Source: Camelus ferus (taxonomy: Eukaryota). From it: DNA of 64,000 nt. A program made the translations under genes and the position numbers. The stretch is from assembly GCF_009834535.1 (NCBI RefSeq), contig NC_045697.1:19098001-19162000 (forward strand). Reading direction: 5' to 3'. Below, piece by piece: positions 48,700 to 62,880 of the stretch (its first letter is position 1; the number at the start of each line of letters is the position of its first letter). Under the pieces are notes generated by a model. The model did not search any database. It was given only the letters and a program-made list of their open reading frames with translations, and was not told the origin of the DNA.

Positions 48700-50300
48700 A
48701 ACTCCATCAATACCCCCAGAAACTTCCTTCTCCCATGTTCCTTCTTTTTAATCACAGCCTTTCCTACTGCCAAAAATGTCATTATTTCTGTGGTAATAAT
48801 AATTTCCTTCCTTTTCTTTTTATCTTTACCATTTGTATATATATATATATATACTTAATATTACTTAGTTTGTCTTGAAGTTTATAGTAATAGAATCATT
48901 GTCTGTACTTGTAGTCTCTCTTGCTCAAGAAAAAGTATGATTTTGTTCATTTTGTTGTATGTACTTCAGCTCATTACTTTTATTGCTGTAGTGTATTCAA
49001 GTTTTGAATACTCCAGTTTAGTCAGTTTTTCTATTGAACATTCTGTTTATTTCTAGTGTTGCCTTTTATGAACAATGCTTCTTTGAATATCCCCTTATTG
49101 TACATCTGTGTGGATTTCTCAAGGCGATGTCATTAGGATGTTTGCTGGATCAGAAGGTATCATCTTTACTTAGTAATGCCTAATTGTTTGCCAAAAGAGA
49201 TGTGTCAGTTTACTTTCCTAGAATCACCAATGTTAGTATTAATACACTTAAAAAAATTTCTGTGGTGGGTGTGTAAATGATACCGTTTTGTGCGTTTAAT
49301 ATGCTCATTACTATTGAAATAGAGCATCGTTTTGTATTATTGGTTATATGGATTTATTCTTTTGGAAATTGTTCAGGTCTTCTGTCTGTTTTGGGATTGG
49401 TCTTTTTTTTCCCCCTCTTATAGTGTTTTTAGAATTCTTTATATTTCTATTCTTTGTTACAAAGTGTTTTTGGAATTCTTTATATTTGTGTCCTTTGATC
49501 ACGATCACAGTACCTCTTTTCAATTTGTGGCTTGTCTTTTTATTTACTTTATGGTGTGTTAATGTTAGTTCTTAATGTTACTATTGTCAAATTAACCAGG
49601 CTCTTTTACTGTTAAGTGCTTTTTGTATCTTAGTTAAGAAATTCTTCCCTACCCTGATGATATTATTCTACATTATCTTCTCAAATCTGTGTAATTTGTA
49701 TTTCAAATTTAGGTTTTTAATTTGCTAGGAATTGATATTTGTGTGTTTTGTGAGAATTGTGTCTGATTTCCATTTTTATTTTCTGTATATGGATGCTTAG
49801 CCAATTCCAGAACCATTTATTCTGCAAGTTTGAATTTTCCTTACCAGTTTGCTTTGTTAATTCTGTCATGTATCAAATGTTTGTATGTGTGTGGATCTGT
49901 TTCTGAGCTCTTTATTTTTGCCACTGATTTTTTTTTTGTCTGTTGCTTTGACAATACTCAATGTTTTTAAGTTACTGTTACCTTATAAGACTTAATATTT
50001 GGTATAGCAAATTCCTCACTTTTTCTAGACTGGCTATTCTTTGCCCTTTGTATATTCATATACATTTTACAGTCTGCTTGTCCAGCTCTAGGGGAAAAAC
50101 CTATTGGGAATTTGACTGAAATTGCATTGATTTTTTTTTTCAAATTGATTTGGAGATAGCTGATATCTTTATAACATTGAATATTACAATCTAATAATTT
50201 GGTATATATTTCTATTTGATGGCTCTCGTAAAGTTTTATAATTTTTTTCCCTAAAGGTCTTGCTCACTGTTTTTATATATTCCTAGGTGCTTTATGATCC
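48700..50300 (-). mobile_element. Ancient L1ME-like fragment
   Basis: TTTTATTGCTGTAGTGTATTC...TTAAGAAATTCTTCCCTACCC...CCAATTCCAGAACCATTTATT. Confidence 0.7.
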
Positions 50301-50806
50301 CCCTTTCTTTAAAAAAAAAAAAAAACCTAGTATCTTTATTTTTAAAATAAAATCATCAATTCCCATGCTTTAGGATTATCATGGATTCATGATTGTCTTG
50401 AGAATTTTTTGTACCTCAGGAAGTATGAAATTATAAATACTCTCTTTTTATGAAATTTTTTAGCATGGCTAGGAAAAGGCAAGAGTTAGGCCTTAAGTTG
50501 GGTTTTGAAAACCCTATATGGATAAGAAATATGAAAAACAGGAATTTGATTCTGACCAGATTTTATCAGTTCTAAGTCTCCATCTTACTCTTGTTTTTTA
50601 TGAGGGCTAGCTAGAGTTGCAATCCCAACCTATGGAACTCTTTGGATAGTTGGTTCTTATGAAACTTTCAGCCAGAACATGAGGGCCTAACATTCAGACA
50701 GATTTTGAATTAGTTTGAAAAAGTAGGTGAATCTATTTTTGGCTTTATACACTACCCCAGGGTCATTTTCTTGTAAGCATGTTTGAGGAGTAATCATCAA
50801 ATTCAT

Positions 50807-51433
50807 TGTATTAGTTATATTTATTGCTGCATTATATATTCCACAAACTCAGCAACTTAAAACATCATACATTTATTATCTTAGAGTTTTTATTGGTCAA
50901 ATGTCTTGCCATGGCTTAATTGGGTTCTCTTCTCAGAGTTTCCCAGGACTGAAGTCAAGGTGTTGTTTGGGCTGCATTCTCATGTGGAGCTTGGAGTCCT
51001 CTTCCAAGCTCATTCAGATTATTGGCAGAATTTAGTTCCTTGTGGTTATAGTACTGAGGTCTTTGATCTCTTGATGTCTTTTGGCCAGCTGTTGCTCTTT
51101 CCACAACATGGCAGTTTGCTCCTTTTAGGCCAGCAAGTGAATCTCTCTTACACTTTGTGTCTCTTTGATCTTTTTTATGGATTTTTTAAATGAGTGAGGT
51201 TATTCTCACCCATAATAGATTCTCTTTTGATTAACTCTGTGAAGTCAGAGTCAACTGATTAGGAACCTTAATGACATCTGCAAAATCCTTTCTGCCATGT
51301 AATGTAACATTATCACAATAGTGAGATCCTGTCATATTCACAAATCCTCACATTCAAGAGAAGTGGATTATATAGGGTTTATACACCAGTGAGCAGGAAT
51401 CTTGGGAGACATCTTAGAATTCTGCCTACCACA
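50807..51433 (-). mobile_element. MaLR MLT1 (MLT1E-like) solo LTR
   Basis: TGTATTAGTT...CTCAGCAACTTAAAACA...GGAATCTTGGGAGACATCTTAGAATTCTGCCTACCACA. Confidence 0.85.
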
Positions 51434-51504
51434 TTCTGATCCACACAAGAAAATTTTAGTTTCTTATGCCAAATGATACCTTGATTCCTTTTAAAACCTG
51501 GATT

Positions 51505-52460
51505 GATTTTTTTTTTCAGTGCTTTTGTTTTGAACTAACTATAGACTTACAAGAAGTTGCAAAACTTTTACAAAGAGGTACTATATCCTCATCCTGGTAT
51601 TGAATCTTCCAATCTAAAAATTGAAAGTTTTCCCCAATGGTGACATCTTAAATATAAATTTGGTATATTATCAAATCCAGGAAATTGGTATCATATAATA
51701 CAGTTAAGTAAACTACAGACTTTAACTATACCAGTTTTTATATGCATTAATTTTTAAATTTTGAAGTGTCTTTGGGTATAATCCTATGTCTAGATTCATA
51801 TAACCACCACATTCAAGACATAGAACTGCCCTGTCATCACAGAAGAATTTCTTTGGGCTCCCCCCATATAGTAACACACTACTCCTGAATTCCTGTCAGC
51901 CACTGTTCTGTTCTCTATACTTTTGCCATTATGAGAATGTTATATACATGGAATTTTAGATTATGTAACTGTTCTGAGGTTGACCCTTTTCACTTAGCAT
52001 AATGCCCTTAAAATTCATTCAGATTGCTGGACTTATCAATAGTTGGTTCATTTTTATTGCTGAGTAATATTCCACTGTATGGATGTACCACAGTTTGTTT
52101 AGCTATTCCCTCATTGAAGGAAACTTGTGTTGTTTCTAGTTTGGACCTATAACAAATAAAATTCCTGTAAACATTCATGTTTGGGGTTTTGTGTGAACAT
52201 GCTTCCATTTCTCTACAATAAATGTTCAGGAATGCAGTTGATTTGGCCATATGGTAAATATATGTTTAACTTTTTAAGAAACTACCAGACCGATTTCCAG
52301 AGTGGCTGTACCATTTTACTTTCTTACCAGCAAAGGATGAGTGGTACAATTTCCCTGCATCCTTGCCAGCATTTAGTTCTGTTGGTATTTTTTATTTTGA
52401 CCATAAATTCTAAATAAGAGATGTTTGGTAGTATCTCATTGTGATTTTAATTTGCATTTT
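51505..52460 (-). mobile_element. L1MC/MD-like 3' fragment
   Basis: TAGACTTACAAGAAGTTGCAAAA...TTTTTATTGCTGAGTAATATTCCACTGTATGGATGTACCACAG. Confidence 0.8.
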
Positions 52461-52499
52461 TAATTGCTTGCTTTTGTTTTTTCATTTGTTTTTGTTTTG

Positions 52500-54520
52500 G
52501 CTGTATACCCAAGAGTGGAATTGCTGAGTTATATGGTAGTTCTATTTTAGTTTTTTAAATAACCTCCATACTGTTTTCCATAGTGGCTACACCAATTTAC
52601 ATTCCCACCAACAGTGTACAAGGATTCCCTTTTCTCCACATCCTTGCTAACGTTTGTTATTTGTGTTCTTTTTGATGATAGCCATTCTGACAGGTATGAG
52701 GTGATATCTCATTATGGTTTTAATTTGCATTTCTCTAATAATTACTGTTGTCGAGCAGCTTTTCATGTGCTTGTTGGTCATCTGTAAGTCTTCTTTGGAA
52801 AAATGTCTATTCAGGTCTTCTGCCCAGTTTTTAATTGGGTTGTTTGGTTTTTTTGATAGTGAGTTATATGAACTGTTTATATCTGTTGGATAATAACTAC
52901 TTACCAGTCATATCATTGGCAAATATTTTCTACCGTTTAGTAGGTTGTCTTTTTGTTTTGTTGGTGGTTTCCTTTGCTGGGCAAAAGCTTTTAAGTTCAA
53001 TTAGGAACCACTGTTTATTTTTGGTTTTATTTCCTTTGCTTTAGGAGACAGATCTAAAAATTATTGCTACAATTTATGTCAGAGAGTGTTATGCCTTTGC
53101 TTTTTTCTATGACTGTTATGGTTCCTGGTCTTACACATTGGTCTTTAATCCATTTTGAGTTTATTTTTGTATATGGTGTTAGAGAATGTTCTGATTTTAT
53201 TCTTTTACATGTTGCTGTCCAGTTTTCCCAACACCACGTATTGGAGAGACTATCTTTTCTCCATTGTATATTCTTGCCTCCTTTGTTGTAGATTAATAGA
53301 CCAAAAGTGTGCGGGTGTATTTCTGGGCTCTCTATCCTATTTTATTGATTTTCTGTGTGTCTGTTTTTGTGCCGGTACTGTACTGTTTAGATGACTGCAG
53401 TTTATAGTATAGTTTGACGTCAGGGAACATGATTACTCTAGCTCTATTCTTCTTTCTCAAGATTGTTTTATCTATTCGAGGTCTTCTATGTTTCCATATA
53501 CATTTTAAAGTTATTTGTTCTAATTCTGTCAAAAATGCCCTTGGTATTTTGATAGAGATTGCATTGAATCTGTAGACTGCCTTGGATAGTATGCTTATTG
53601 TAACAATACTGATTCCTCCAATTATTGAACGCAGTGTATTTTTCCATCTGTTTGTTTCATCTTCAATTTCTTTCATCAGTGTCTTACAGTTTTTTGAGTA
53701 CAAGTCTTTTACCTCCTTAGGTATGTTTATTCCTAGATACTTTATTCTTTGTGGTGTGATGGTAAATAAGGTTGTTTCCTTAGTTTTTCTTTCTGATAGT
53801 TCATTGTTAATGTATACAAGTACAACTGATTTCTGTATATTAATCTTGTATCCTGCAACTTTACCAAATTCATTGATGAACTCTGGTAGTTTTCTGGTGG
53901 CATTTTTAGGACTTTCTATGTATACTATCATGTCACCGGCAAATGGTGACAGTTTTACTTCTTTCTTTCCAATTTGGGTTCCTTTTATTTCTTTTTCTTG
54001 TCTGATTATTGTGGCTAGGACTTCCAATATTACGTTGAATAAATGTGATGAGAGTGGGCATCCTTGTCATATTCCTGATCTTACAGGAAATACTTCCAGA
54101 TTTTTACCACTGAGTCTAATGAGTCTGATGTTAGCTGTGGGTTTGTCATATATGGCCTTGTTTATGTTGAGGTATGTTCCTTCTGTGCTCACCTTCTGGA
54201 TGGTTTTTATCATAAATGGATGTTGGATTTTGTCAAAAGCTTTTTATTTATATATTGAGATGATTTTTGTTGTTTGTCATATGGTTTTTGTTTTTCACTT
54301 TGTTAACGTGGTCTGTCACATTGATTAATTGCAGATATTGAAAAATCCTTGCATTCCTGGTATAAATCCTGCTTGACTGCTTGACAACGGCATATGATCC
54401 TTTTAATGTATTATTGGATTCAGTTTGCTAATGTTTTGTTGAGGATTTTTGCATCTATGTTCATCAATGATATTGGCCTGTAATTTTCTTTTTTGTGATA
54501 TTTTTGTGTGGTTTTGGTTA
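52500..54520 (-). mobile_element. LINE-1 ORF2 fragment (reverse transcriptase region), inactive
   Basis: ORF 53332-54027 [35 protein letters not shown]...[14 protein letters not shown]...IKYLGINI. The FADD motif is mutated to FAGD, and there are frameshifts on both sides. Confidence 0.93.
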
Positions 54521-57500
54521 GAAGGAACCTTTGTGATATGGTTGAATCCCTCCATTTTACAGGAGATAAAAGCCATTAGTGTATGGATAGAGTTGTCTGC
54601 ACAACCCAGGCTTCCTGTTTCCCAAATCACTGGCTTTTCTTATTTTGCCTTCCTTCAGATAAAATACTGGGTACTTAAGAGAAACTTACTTCTTTAGGCG
54701 CGTAGTTGAGTGTACCATTCCCAAGAGTTTAGGTAGAAAAGTACAAGTGATATTAGGGAGAAGGAATTTTAAGACTTCAGTTTCTTAAATTACCAGTAAT
54801 TAAAACTGCAGTCAGAGTTGTTATTGATTTTTTTTTTCTCCTCCAGAAGTTAGACAAAGAGACCCTTGTTACACTTTTCAGGGATTAAAATTTATGTAAT
54901 ACAGTAAGAAGTAAGGCCCTGTTTGGTTTCTGCATAACTTTGTACTTGAAATTCAGTTGAAATTTTACTTTAAAAAGCATTACTTTAGTATAATTCTAGT
55001 AAAATTTAACTTTATATGTAATATGAAAACTTTCAAACTGTGTAAGAGGTAGTTCCTTGAAATCTGTCTACTTAAGTCCTTATTCTCACTAAATATAGTC
55101 TTGAACAAAATTGTTTCCTTCAAATTTTTGAGTTGATACTGATAGTGGGAAGGGTTGTTATTTGAGTTTTGAAGATTCAATATATTGTATCATTTTTGTG
55201 GTGTCTTTTCCCCGGGAGGGGCTTCTTCCTCTCTTGCTCACTGCTGGGGTGTGCTGGAGACCCCAGACTGGACCCCACTCCTCCCCTCAGCGCTGCCTCC
55301 TCTCCCCCTTCTCCTTCGTTAGGTATAGCATGTATTTCAGTTGCTAATACTCACCTCCAGTTCCTGTTGTCTGCTCTCATTTAAGAATTTTCTCTTTCCT
55401 TCCTTTCTTACCCTTCCTTTCCCAGGAAGTTTATTCCTTGTCAAATGATGAGACACATAGGGACATACTAAAGGGAGGAGCCCAGGTTTGTGGAGGTAAT
55501 TTTAAAATCCCAAATGTCTTTGTAGAAAATACATGTCCATATTTTAAGTGAATTTATAAAAATTTTACTTAAGTCATTTTGATCGTGCTTGTATATTTTT
55601 TAAAGGTAATACCATTAGATGTTAGATTTGTCAATAGTTACTTTGAATAAAAAGTTTCTAGAAACTGAGGCTGTGCTGTTTTTGTTTAAATGCTAATTTC
55701 TATGAGGATTTAATAAAGGTTTATATAAAATTATAATTTTGGTTGAGTTAAAGTTGAAGGTCACATTTAGCATGGCTTGTGAGTTTTTTGCTCTGAAAAA
55801 CAGAACATTTTATTTAAATAAAACTCATTATATATATTCTCATCACAAAGATGGGGCTTATACCTTCCTTAGAGATGGTTCGGTTCCTTTATATAATAAA
55901 TATTAATTTCTTTTTAGGTTTTATGGGTGTTGTTAGCAGCACTATAGTTCTACAGTTTTTCTAAAACCATGTATTATTTTTTACTTATGTTTTTCAGTGC
56001 TATTTATAAGAACTCTTGAGGGGGGAATATTTTATGCTATTTTGTAGCTGGGGAAACTAAGAACTAATGATATTAAGAGGTTTGCTGAAGGTTACATGGT
56101 TAGTAAGTAATGAAATTGAAATTAGAGCTCATTTCTGATGTCAAAGTTGGTGGTGCTGTGATTGTTTAGGGAAAGTATGGGTTGATAGACAATTACTTGT
56201 GATTATAATACAGTAAGAGCAGGAAATAGGATATATTTAACTGTTAAGAGGTCAGGAAGGCTTTAGAGAGGGGGTTAATCACTAGTGAAGTGATTCTTCA
56301 GGGACCAGAATGTGCCTTGTATTTTGTGCTGTGGATACTGGGTTTTATTCTTTGGGATATTGGGAAATACTGAAGGATTTCAGCAAGAGGGATGATGTGA
56401 CTGACCATCTTCATATTATTCTAAAGAGGCCATAAAAGGGGGTACATTTGTAGCATGGTGGTACTAGAGATAGGGAGACCATTACAGGAAGGCCGGGGTG
56501 GGGGGCAGTGATGAGGTTATCTCTGATGGCAGTGGTGGAGAGGGAACTGGATTTGAGCTTTTAATAATCAGACAACATACTGATGTTGTTCCTCTCAGTC
56601 AAAAATAAAGCTGAAAGTTTGTGTTTAGAAAACTGACTCGGTTCTGACCATCTTCAGATTGCTGATCTGTAAAGAGCTTTGCTCTTAATTGTTAAAGAGT
56701 ATAGCTATGTTTAGGATAGAAATCATGTCTTTTAGGGATAAAGCTGTTTCTTTAATGAAAGCTTAATTTATGCCTGGATTATGGTAATAATGTCAATAAG
56801 ACTTTTCAGTATAGGATCTACCCAGTCATATCATTTCAGGAAGCAAAGCTAACTTTACTTAAAATGATCAGTACTGTTTTATGAATGACTTCTTTCATTC
56901 CATTCCAGATCATTCTAAATCATTTCTTAGAAATTTCTGATTGAGTTCTGTAGGCAGGAAGAATGCAGTAATTGTAATTCTTTTTGACAACATGTCCTTC
57001 TAGGCCACATTCTATCTACTTGATGCCACCCTGCATCTTGTCTTTTCCTCATATCCTGAAATAGAAGGGACCTATTGCAGTGTTCCAATCTGCTATGTAG
57101 TAGGTGGAGTTTTCTTGGGTTGTGTGTGGAAGAACAGTCTTCCTGTTGTTAATTGTGCCCAAAAAAAGGTTATAATAATATGAGTTTAGTTTTTAGTTTC
57201 TAATTATTCAGAAGTTTAGTTTAGATATCTATGTGTATCTTTCTCTAAAATTAAAAAATACAAAGGAAAATGGTACATAGTTTTATGCTTGGTAATGAAT
57301 AAGGTCTTTTTCTGGTTGATGACATCCTGTTTAATGGAGGCTGCATACCATAGTGGAATGAATGAGAGTTCTAGGCATTAGTAAAACTTGTCTTGTAATA
57401 TTTTTGTAATCTTCCCCTTTCTAGCTCACCCTGTTAGTACAACCTTAGTTTAGACACTGTGGCTTGGGATAATAAAATAACTTCTCTCTCTTTCTCTGGT

Positions 57501-58479
57501 CTGTTGTCCTCAAATCCACCCTCTGCAGCTACCCGAATATTCTAACACAAATCTGACACCATCCTACTCATGTCTCTATGAGTCTGTTATTGCTAATGGG
57601 TTCTGCTAAATGCTTGCAGTTGTGGTATAGCCAGGGTGGCTCCTTGAATGTTTAATTTCCATGAAGTCTTGCTAGCTCGACAGTTTTACACACACACACA
57701 CACAGGTACTTGATTTTTGTAAAATATTTTAATGCATTCATTTCTTTGTATGCTTCAAGTACTATTTTACTTTTTAAATTACTTCTTCATAGTATTTATT
57801 GAAATACCTGATACAGGTAGATGTTAATTGAGACAGAAGTATAAAATTATGAAAAAATAGAAAATAGGACACATAACTGGGAGTAAATAAAAAAGTGGCA
57901 CAGATCTCTGTCAGCCATGTTCATAATTCTTAAAAGCCAAACTTAGCTGAGGCCTTCAAGAAGTGCTAAGAATAATAAAAGACATTTTGAACATTATGTT
58001 TGGATAAAAACAAGGAAGGTAGCAGATTATTTCTGATCCTGTAATGATAATAGATGACAGTAGGAAGTCAAACTCTTCACCACCCATTTGACTCTCTCTT
58101 TTGTTAGGAAAGTAATTGATTGAAAATGGTGGATCCAAGTTATTTTGAGAGAAGGATGAGAAAGGAACTAACTGTTCTCGGTAGCCAGGATATTTTCACT
58201 CTAGCGTCTAAAAACAACTTTAATAATCCTGTTTTCATGATCTCTTAGCAATCTTGGAGACCAAGAATAGTATGGGAAGGCTGGCCGTTTTTCATAAAAA
58301 CATTTTTTGAGGCATAATTGACATATAATAAGTGATTTCTATTTAAAGTGTACAGTTTGATAAGTGTTGGTGTACATACATACAGTGAAACCGTTGCCAC
58401 AGTCAAGATAACGAACATAGCCATGATCCCTCAAAAGTTTCCGCATGCCCCCTTGGAAGAGTAGACTGAGAAAAATCAG

Positions 58480-59640
58480 TCAGTGGGGAGGAGGACAAGA
58501 ATATTATGTTGTCCTGGAAATTGGATAAAGAAGAGAATGATCAACTGTGACAGATGCTTACTGATAGTCCAAGGACCATGAGAAAGGAGAATTGGCTGTT
58601 GGATTTAGTAATGTAGAGGGCACTGGGGGTTTTGACCAGGATGATTTTGGTGAAGTGGTGAGAGCACAAGCCTGAATGGAGTATATTTTAGCAGAGAAAA
58701 GGAGGAGAGAAATTCGAGATGGTAAGTTAGTGATGTTTTCGAGGAGATTTTCTACAAAGGGAAGTAGTGAAGTGGAGTTCAGTGTTTTGCCCTTTTTTTT
58801 AAGGATGGGGAAAGGCATGTTTATATTCTGATGCCAGTGATCCGTTGAGAGCGACATGTTAAGATTGAGTACTTTGAGGAGTGCTCTTGAGGGGCTCAGT
58901 GGGATGAAATTTAATTCACGAGTGTAGGGATTGGCATTACAGAGAAACTGGGATAATTCATGTCTGTCAGTAGGTCAAACATACAGTATGAGGTGTTGAC
59001 CCTGGGAGGTAGTTTGATGGGTCATGAGAGTTTATGGAAGTTTTCCTTCCAGTTGTTTAATTAAAATTTTTTTTTTCTTTCAGTGAAACATAGGAAGCAA
59101 AGTCATTGCCTTGAATAAAGATGGGGAGAAGGCACTGAGAGTTGCAGATCAAGAAGGTGTGAAATAGAGGAGAGAGTGAGTAGGCCAGGGAGTTAGTTAC
59201 AGTGTGATTGCCTGGCAACATTAGGGTGCATTTGAGGTCTGTAGTTACGGATTTCAGGCATCGTGATGAGCTGTGTTTGGAGCATAGGTGTAAATGCACA
59301 GTAGGTGGAGAATTAGATTTGTTTCAGGATTATGGCTTTGCTAACCAAGGATAATAAAGTGAGAGAATGGTAAGGGAGTTAAGGGTGTTTGCGAGGGAGT
59401 GATTACAATGAGTGGCTGTGGATTTAACTATAAAAGGAGGGGAGGGAAGACATTAAAGGGTGAGAAACAGTAACCCATGCAGGAGATGGGCAGAGTTTAC
59501 ATAGTGTTTCGAAGGTAGAAACAACATTTCCTGAGATTGGATGTAATGTGTGTGAGAGCGGTCTTCAAGAATGACCTTAGAATTTTTGATGCTTTAGCAG
59601 TTGTAAGAATGGAGTTGCTGTCAGCTGAAGTGCTTGGTAC
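58480..59640 (-). mobile_element. LINE-2 fragment
   Basis: GAATGATCAACTGTGACAGATGCT...TTGGATTTAGTAATGTAGAGG...CAAGCCTGAATGGAGT. Confidence 0.65.
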
Positions 59641-59929
59641 TTTGTCATATTCAATGAATTGGTTACATTTAGTTGATGTGATTGTTCCACATAAAAATAA
59701 AATTTTCTAGTGTAATTAAAGATAGGCAAATATAAATATAAACCAGCTTAACCCATGAGCACTCGTTACATTTCTGTATTGATTCAGTCACTCAGCACAT
59801 ACTTACTGCGTATTTGCTGTTTCAGGTGATGTTCTAGGTGATGGGAATGTAGCACAGAGTATTCTTTTGAATATTTTTAAAACTAGGAAGTCTTTCTCTT
59901 TTGACAGATTGTGGGATAAAGGGAAAAAT

Positions 59930-60720
59930 AAACTTCTTTGGATTTGGACAGACCTGGGATGAATTTCAACAAAATGATTAAAATTTTTGACCATGGGCAA
60001 ATTACTTCACAGATGAGAGTCTTGGCTTGTGTATTGTGAGAAGCAGCAGCATGATTTCAACTTGCGAGGATTGTTGAGAGAAGTAGAATTAGGTAATCAA
60101 GCAGAGCACCTGGCATATGCTGCCTGATAAATACTCTTACTCCCTCTTTATCTTCTCTCTTTGTATTTTAGAGTGTATTTGGTTTGGGGAGCAGCCAAAA
60201 GATACTAGAGTTGATTCTAATTAAAAACTATTGTTTTTGATATCTGTTGAAGTAATAGTAATATAATAGGAAGAGTAGATTGCAGGAGACTTGGCATTGA
60301 ATTCCTACTGTGCTCTTTATTAGTTAATTTCCTTGGGCACCTAACCTTTCTGGATAATAGTAAAAGGTATCTATTGAGTGTTGTTTATGGTGTTCCAAGT
60401 ATGTTCCACACAGTGTGTTAGGTGTTTTATACGTAGATATCTCATTTAATTTTAACAGCAACCTTGCAGATTTGCTATTATTCCCATTCTATCGATAAGG
60501 AAGTTAAGGCAAAGAAGTTAAATACCTTTCCTGAGGTTATATAGTAAGTGGCAGAATAAGAATGAATTGAAAGTTCTTCTTCCCCCTACAGAATGCTCAG
60601 CTTTTGTCATCTGTAAAATTGCAATGCTAATTTTATTTTCTGTGATTGTTGTTAAGTTCTTGTGCTGAGAGAGAAGTGAAGCAGTGTTGTGCTCCTGGCT
60701 CAGTGCTGGGCGGTAACAGC
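59930..60720. mobile_element. Cluster of MIR fragments in both orientations
   Basis: GACAGACCTGGG...CCATGGGCAAATTACT; ATTATTCCCATTCTATCGATAAGGAAGTTAAGGC; CTCAGCTTTTGTCATCTGTAAAATTG. Confidence 0.65.
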
Positions 60721-62629
60721 AGCGTTCTCTTTGTTTCCCAAGTGGTGATATAGGTAGGAGAGTATTAATGATCTTGTTCTTCATAGCTTCTGTTTTGCTT
60801 ATAGCTTTTAAGAAATTGTGGTAAAATGTACATAACATAAAATTTTACCATTTTAACCATTTTTAAATATATAATTCAGTGGCATTAAGTACATTCATGA
60901 TGTTCTGGTTGTAACTTTGAATTATATTCTTCTCTCCAAAACAAATAAAAATAAGCAAGGCTATTCCACTCTGTGCACATAATGTTACTAATCAAAATGT
61001 TAGTGTTTATAGCATCCTGGGAAACCAAAAAATCAGTAGATAAGTGTATGCATGCACTTGTTTACTTTTTTTTTTTTTGCACCTAGTCTAGTCAGCAGTA
61101 TTTTCCTGCATGTGACAGATACAACAGGGTTATAAACAGATACCTTATTGCTTTCTAGGGAGTTATAGTATAAAACAAAATGGAAAAAATTAGGCAGCTG
61201 TCAATGAACATAGAGATGAATACAGCTGCCCAAATATTCCTGCTCATGTATTTATATACATTGAAGGAATATATTGGTTAACTATGAATATAAGTTGATG
61301 TTTTTTGGGTTGAAGGATGTGTTGGTAAATGAATTGCATATTAAGATAGTTATGAGGCAAAGGCCTTACCTTTAGCAAGACTCTTTGAGAAAATTAGCAG
61401 GAACTTTTTGAGGTGGCAAGGACAAGATGCTTTGTGAGGGTGGGGGAATAAGTGGGAGGGAAATAATCAGGACATGATAAATTAAAAAATGTCCCTGGAA
61501 AATGGGAAGGGACCTAACTGAGTAAGTGAGTTTGTATCAGATAGTCTGTTTAAAACATTTGGAAGGTATAACTGAACTTAGCAATTTTAAAATTTTTAGC
61601 TAATGATCAGGGGAAAATTCTTTTTACAGGAGTCAGGCTAAGTAATAAGTACTTGATAAACAGTCAATGATTCAGAGCTCCAAGAGGCAGCCATCAGTCA
61701 GAGGGGTTTTATTTTCTGTTCAGTATAATACTTAAGCCATAATTTGATACATCGGCAGTGGTTTCTCAGCCCTCTGTTGGTGAGGTTTGCCTCCTGTATC
61801 TGTTGAACTTTTCTAAAGTCTGAGTTAAACACTAGAGATTCTAGAATCCTTCACCTGCATTTTTATAGCATCCTGATACAGCATCGTGTATGCCAGTTAC
61901 AACTTTCCCTTTCTCAGCTGTTCTGGCATGTAATTTACTTTCAGTAAAGATTAGCATATTTTCAATATCTAATATATACCAGAAAATATGCTAGGTAATG
62001 GATTGAAACTTACTTCTCTTAAAAAAAGTATGCATCAGCCTTTATTACTGATTTATTAGGTTTTTTTGAGAAACATACATTAATCCTGCTGTACACATGG
62101 CATTGGTGATATACGAGACATTGAAAATATGAGAGAAGTAAGACTGCCTTATAGAGGATGTCAGAAAAGGAGGAAGACATTATTCACTGTCTTTTTGAGT
62201 TTGAATTGGATTGTTGAATTAGTGAAAAATGACACCAAATATCTCTGAAGATTTTCGAGAAAGTTTACTCAGAATATTCAGATTGAAGTATTTGATTTGA
62301 TAAATGCTTGAGCTATTAATGGAAGTACTAAGTACAAACAATATTTATTTAAAACTTCTCTCTCAATGGTAGTATTAAGAAAATCCTAATCATGAGACTC
62401 ATAAGTAGCTGCCAGTAGGGTAAGCCAAGTTCTTGGCAGTATATGATGTGCACATTGTTAATGGGCTACAGTCACTCGTTTGTGATTAAAAGTCAGCTCA
62501 CTCTCCTTAGTTGTTCTTTTCTGCATATAATTTGCTGATCTTAATGATATTATAGGAAGGAACTAGCTTTAATGACTGGATTTACTTTTTCAGCTTCATT
62601 TGTTTTTTTGCATTAGTCAATGGTTTTTT

Positions 62630-62880
62630 TTTAAACACCTCTAATTGATTCCTATGCAGTAAACTACACATATTTCAGATGTACAATTTGATGAATTTTG
62701 ATAGACGTATACACCAGTGAAACCACCACCACAATCTAGATAGCTAAAACTTCCATCACTCCCCAAGAGATGCAAATTTCAAATTTGCATTTTATCCCTT
62801 CCTATCCCCTTTACCCACTGGTAACCATAAATTTGTTCTCTATGTCTGTGAGTCTGTTTCTGTTTTGTAGATACCAGCTT
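62630..62880 (-). mobile_element. Old L1M 3' end fused to a short young-L1 3' UTR fragment
   Basis: TGTACAATTTGATGAATTTTGA...GAAACCACCACCACAATC, then TTTATCCCTTCC...CTGGTAACCATAAATTTGTTCTCTATGTCTGTGAGTCTG. Confidence 0.7.

Noticed and set aside
53415..53422. TGACGTCA CRE
   Set aside because: Lies within a decayed L1 ORF2 with no supporting context.
53332..54328. 231-aa (-) and 248-aa (+) ORFs as host genes or an active RT
   Set aside because: L1 ORF2 remnant with a mutated catalytic motif (FAGD), plus its antisense shadow ORF.
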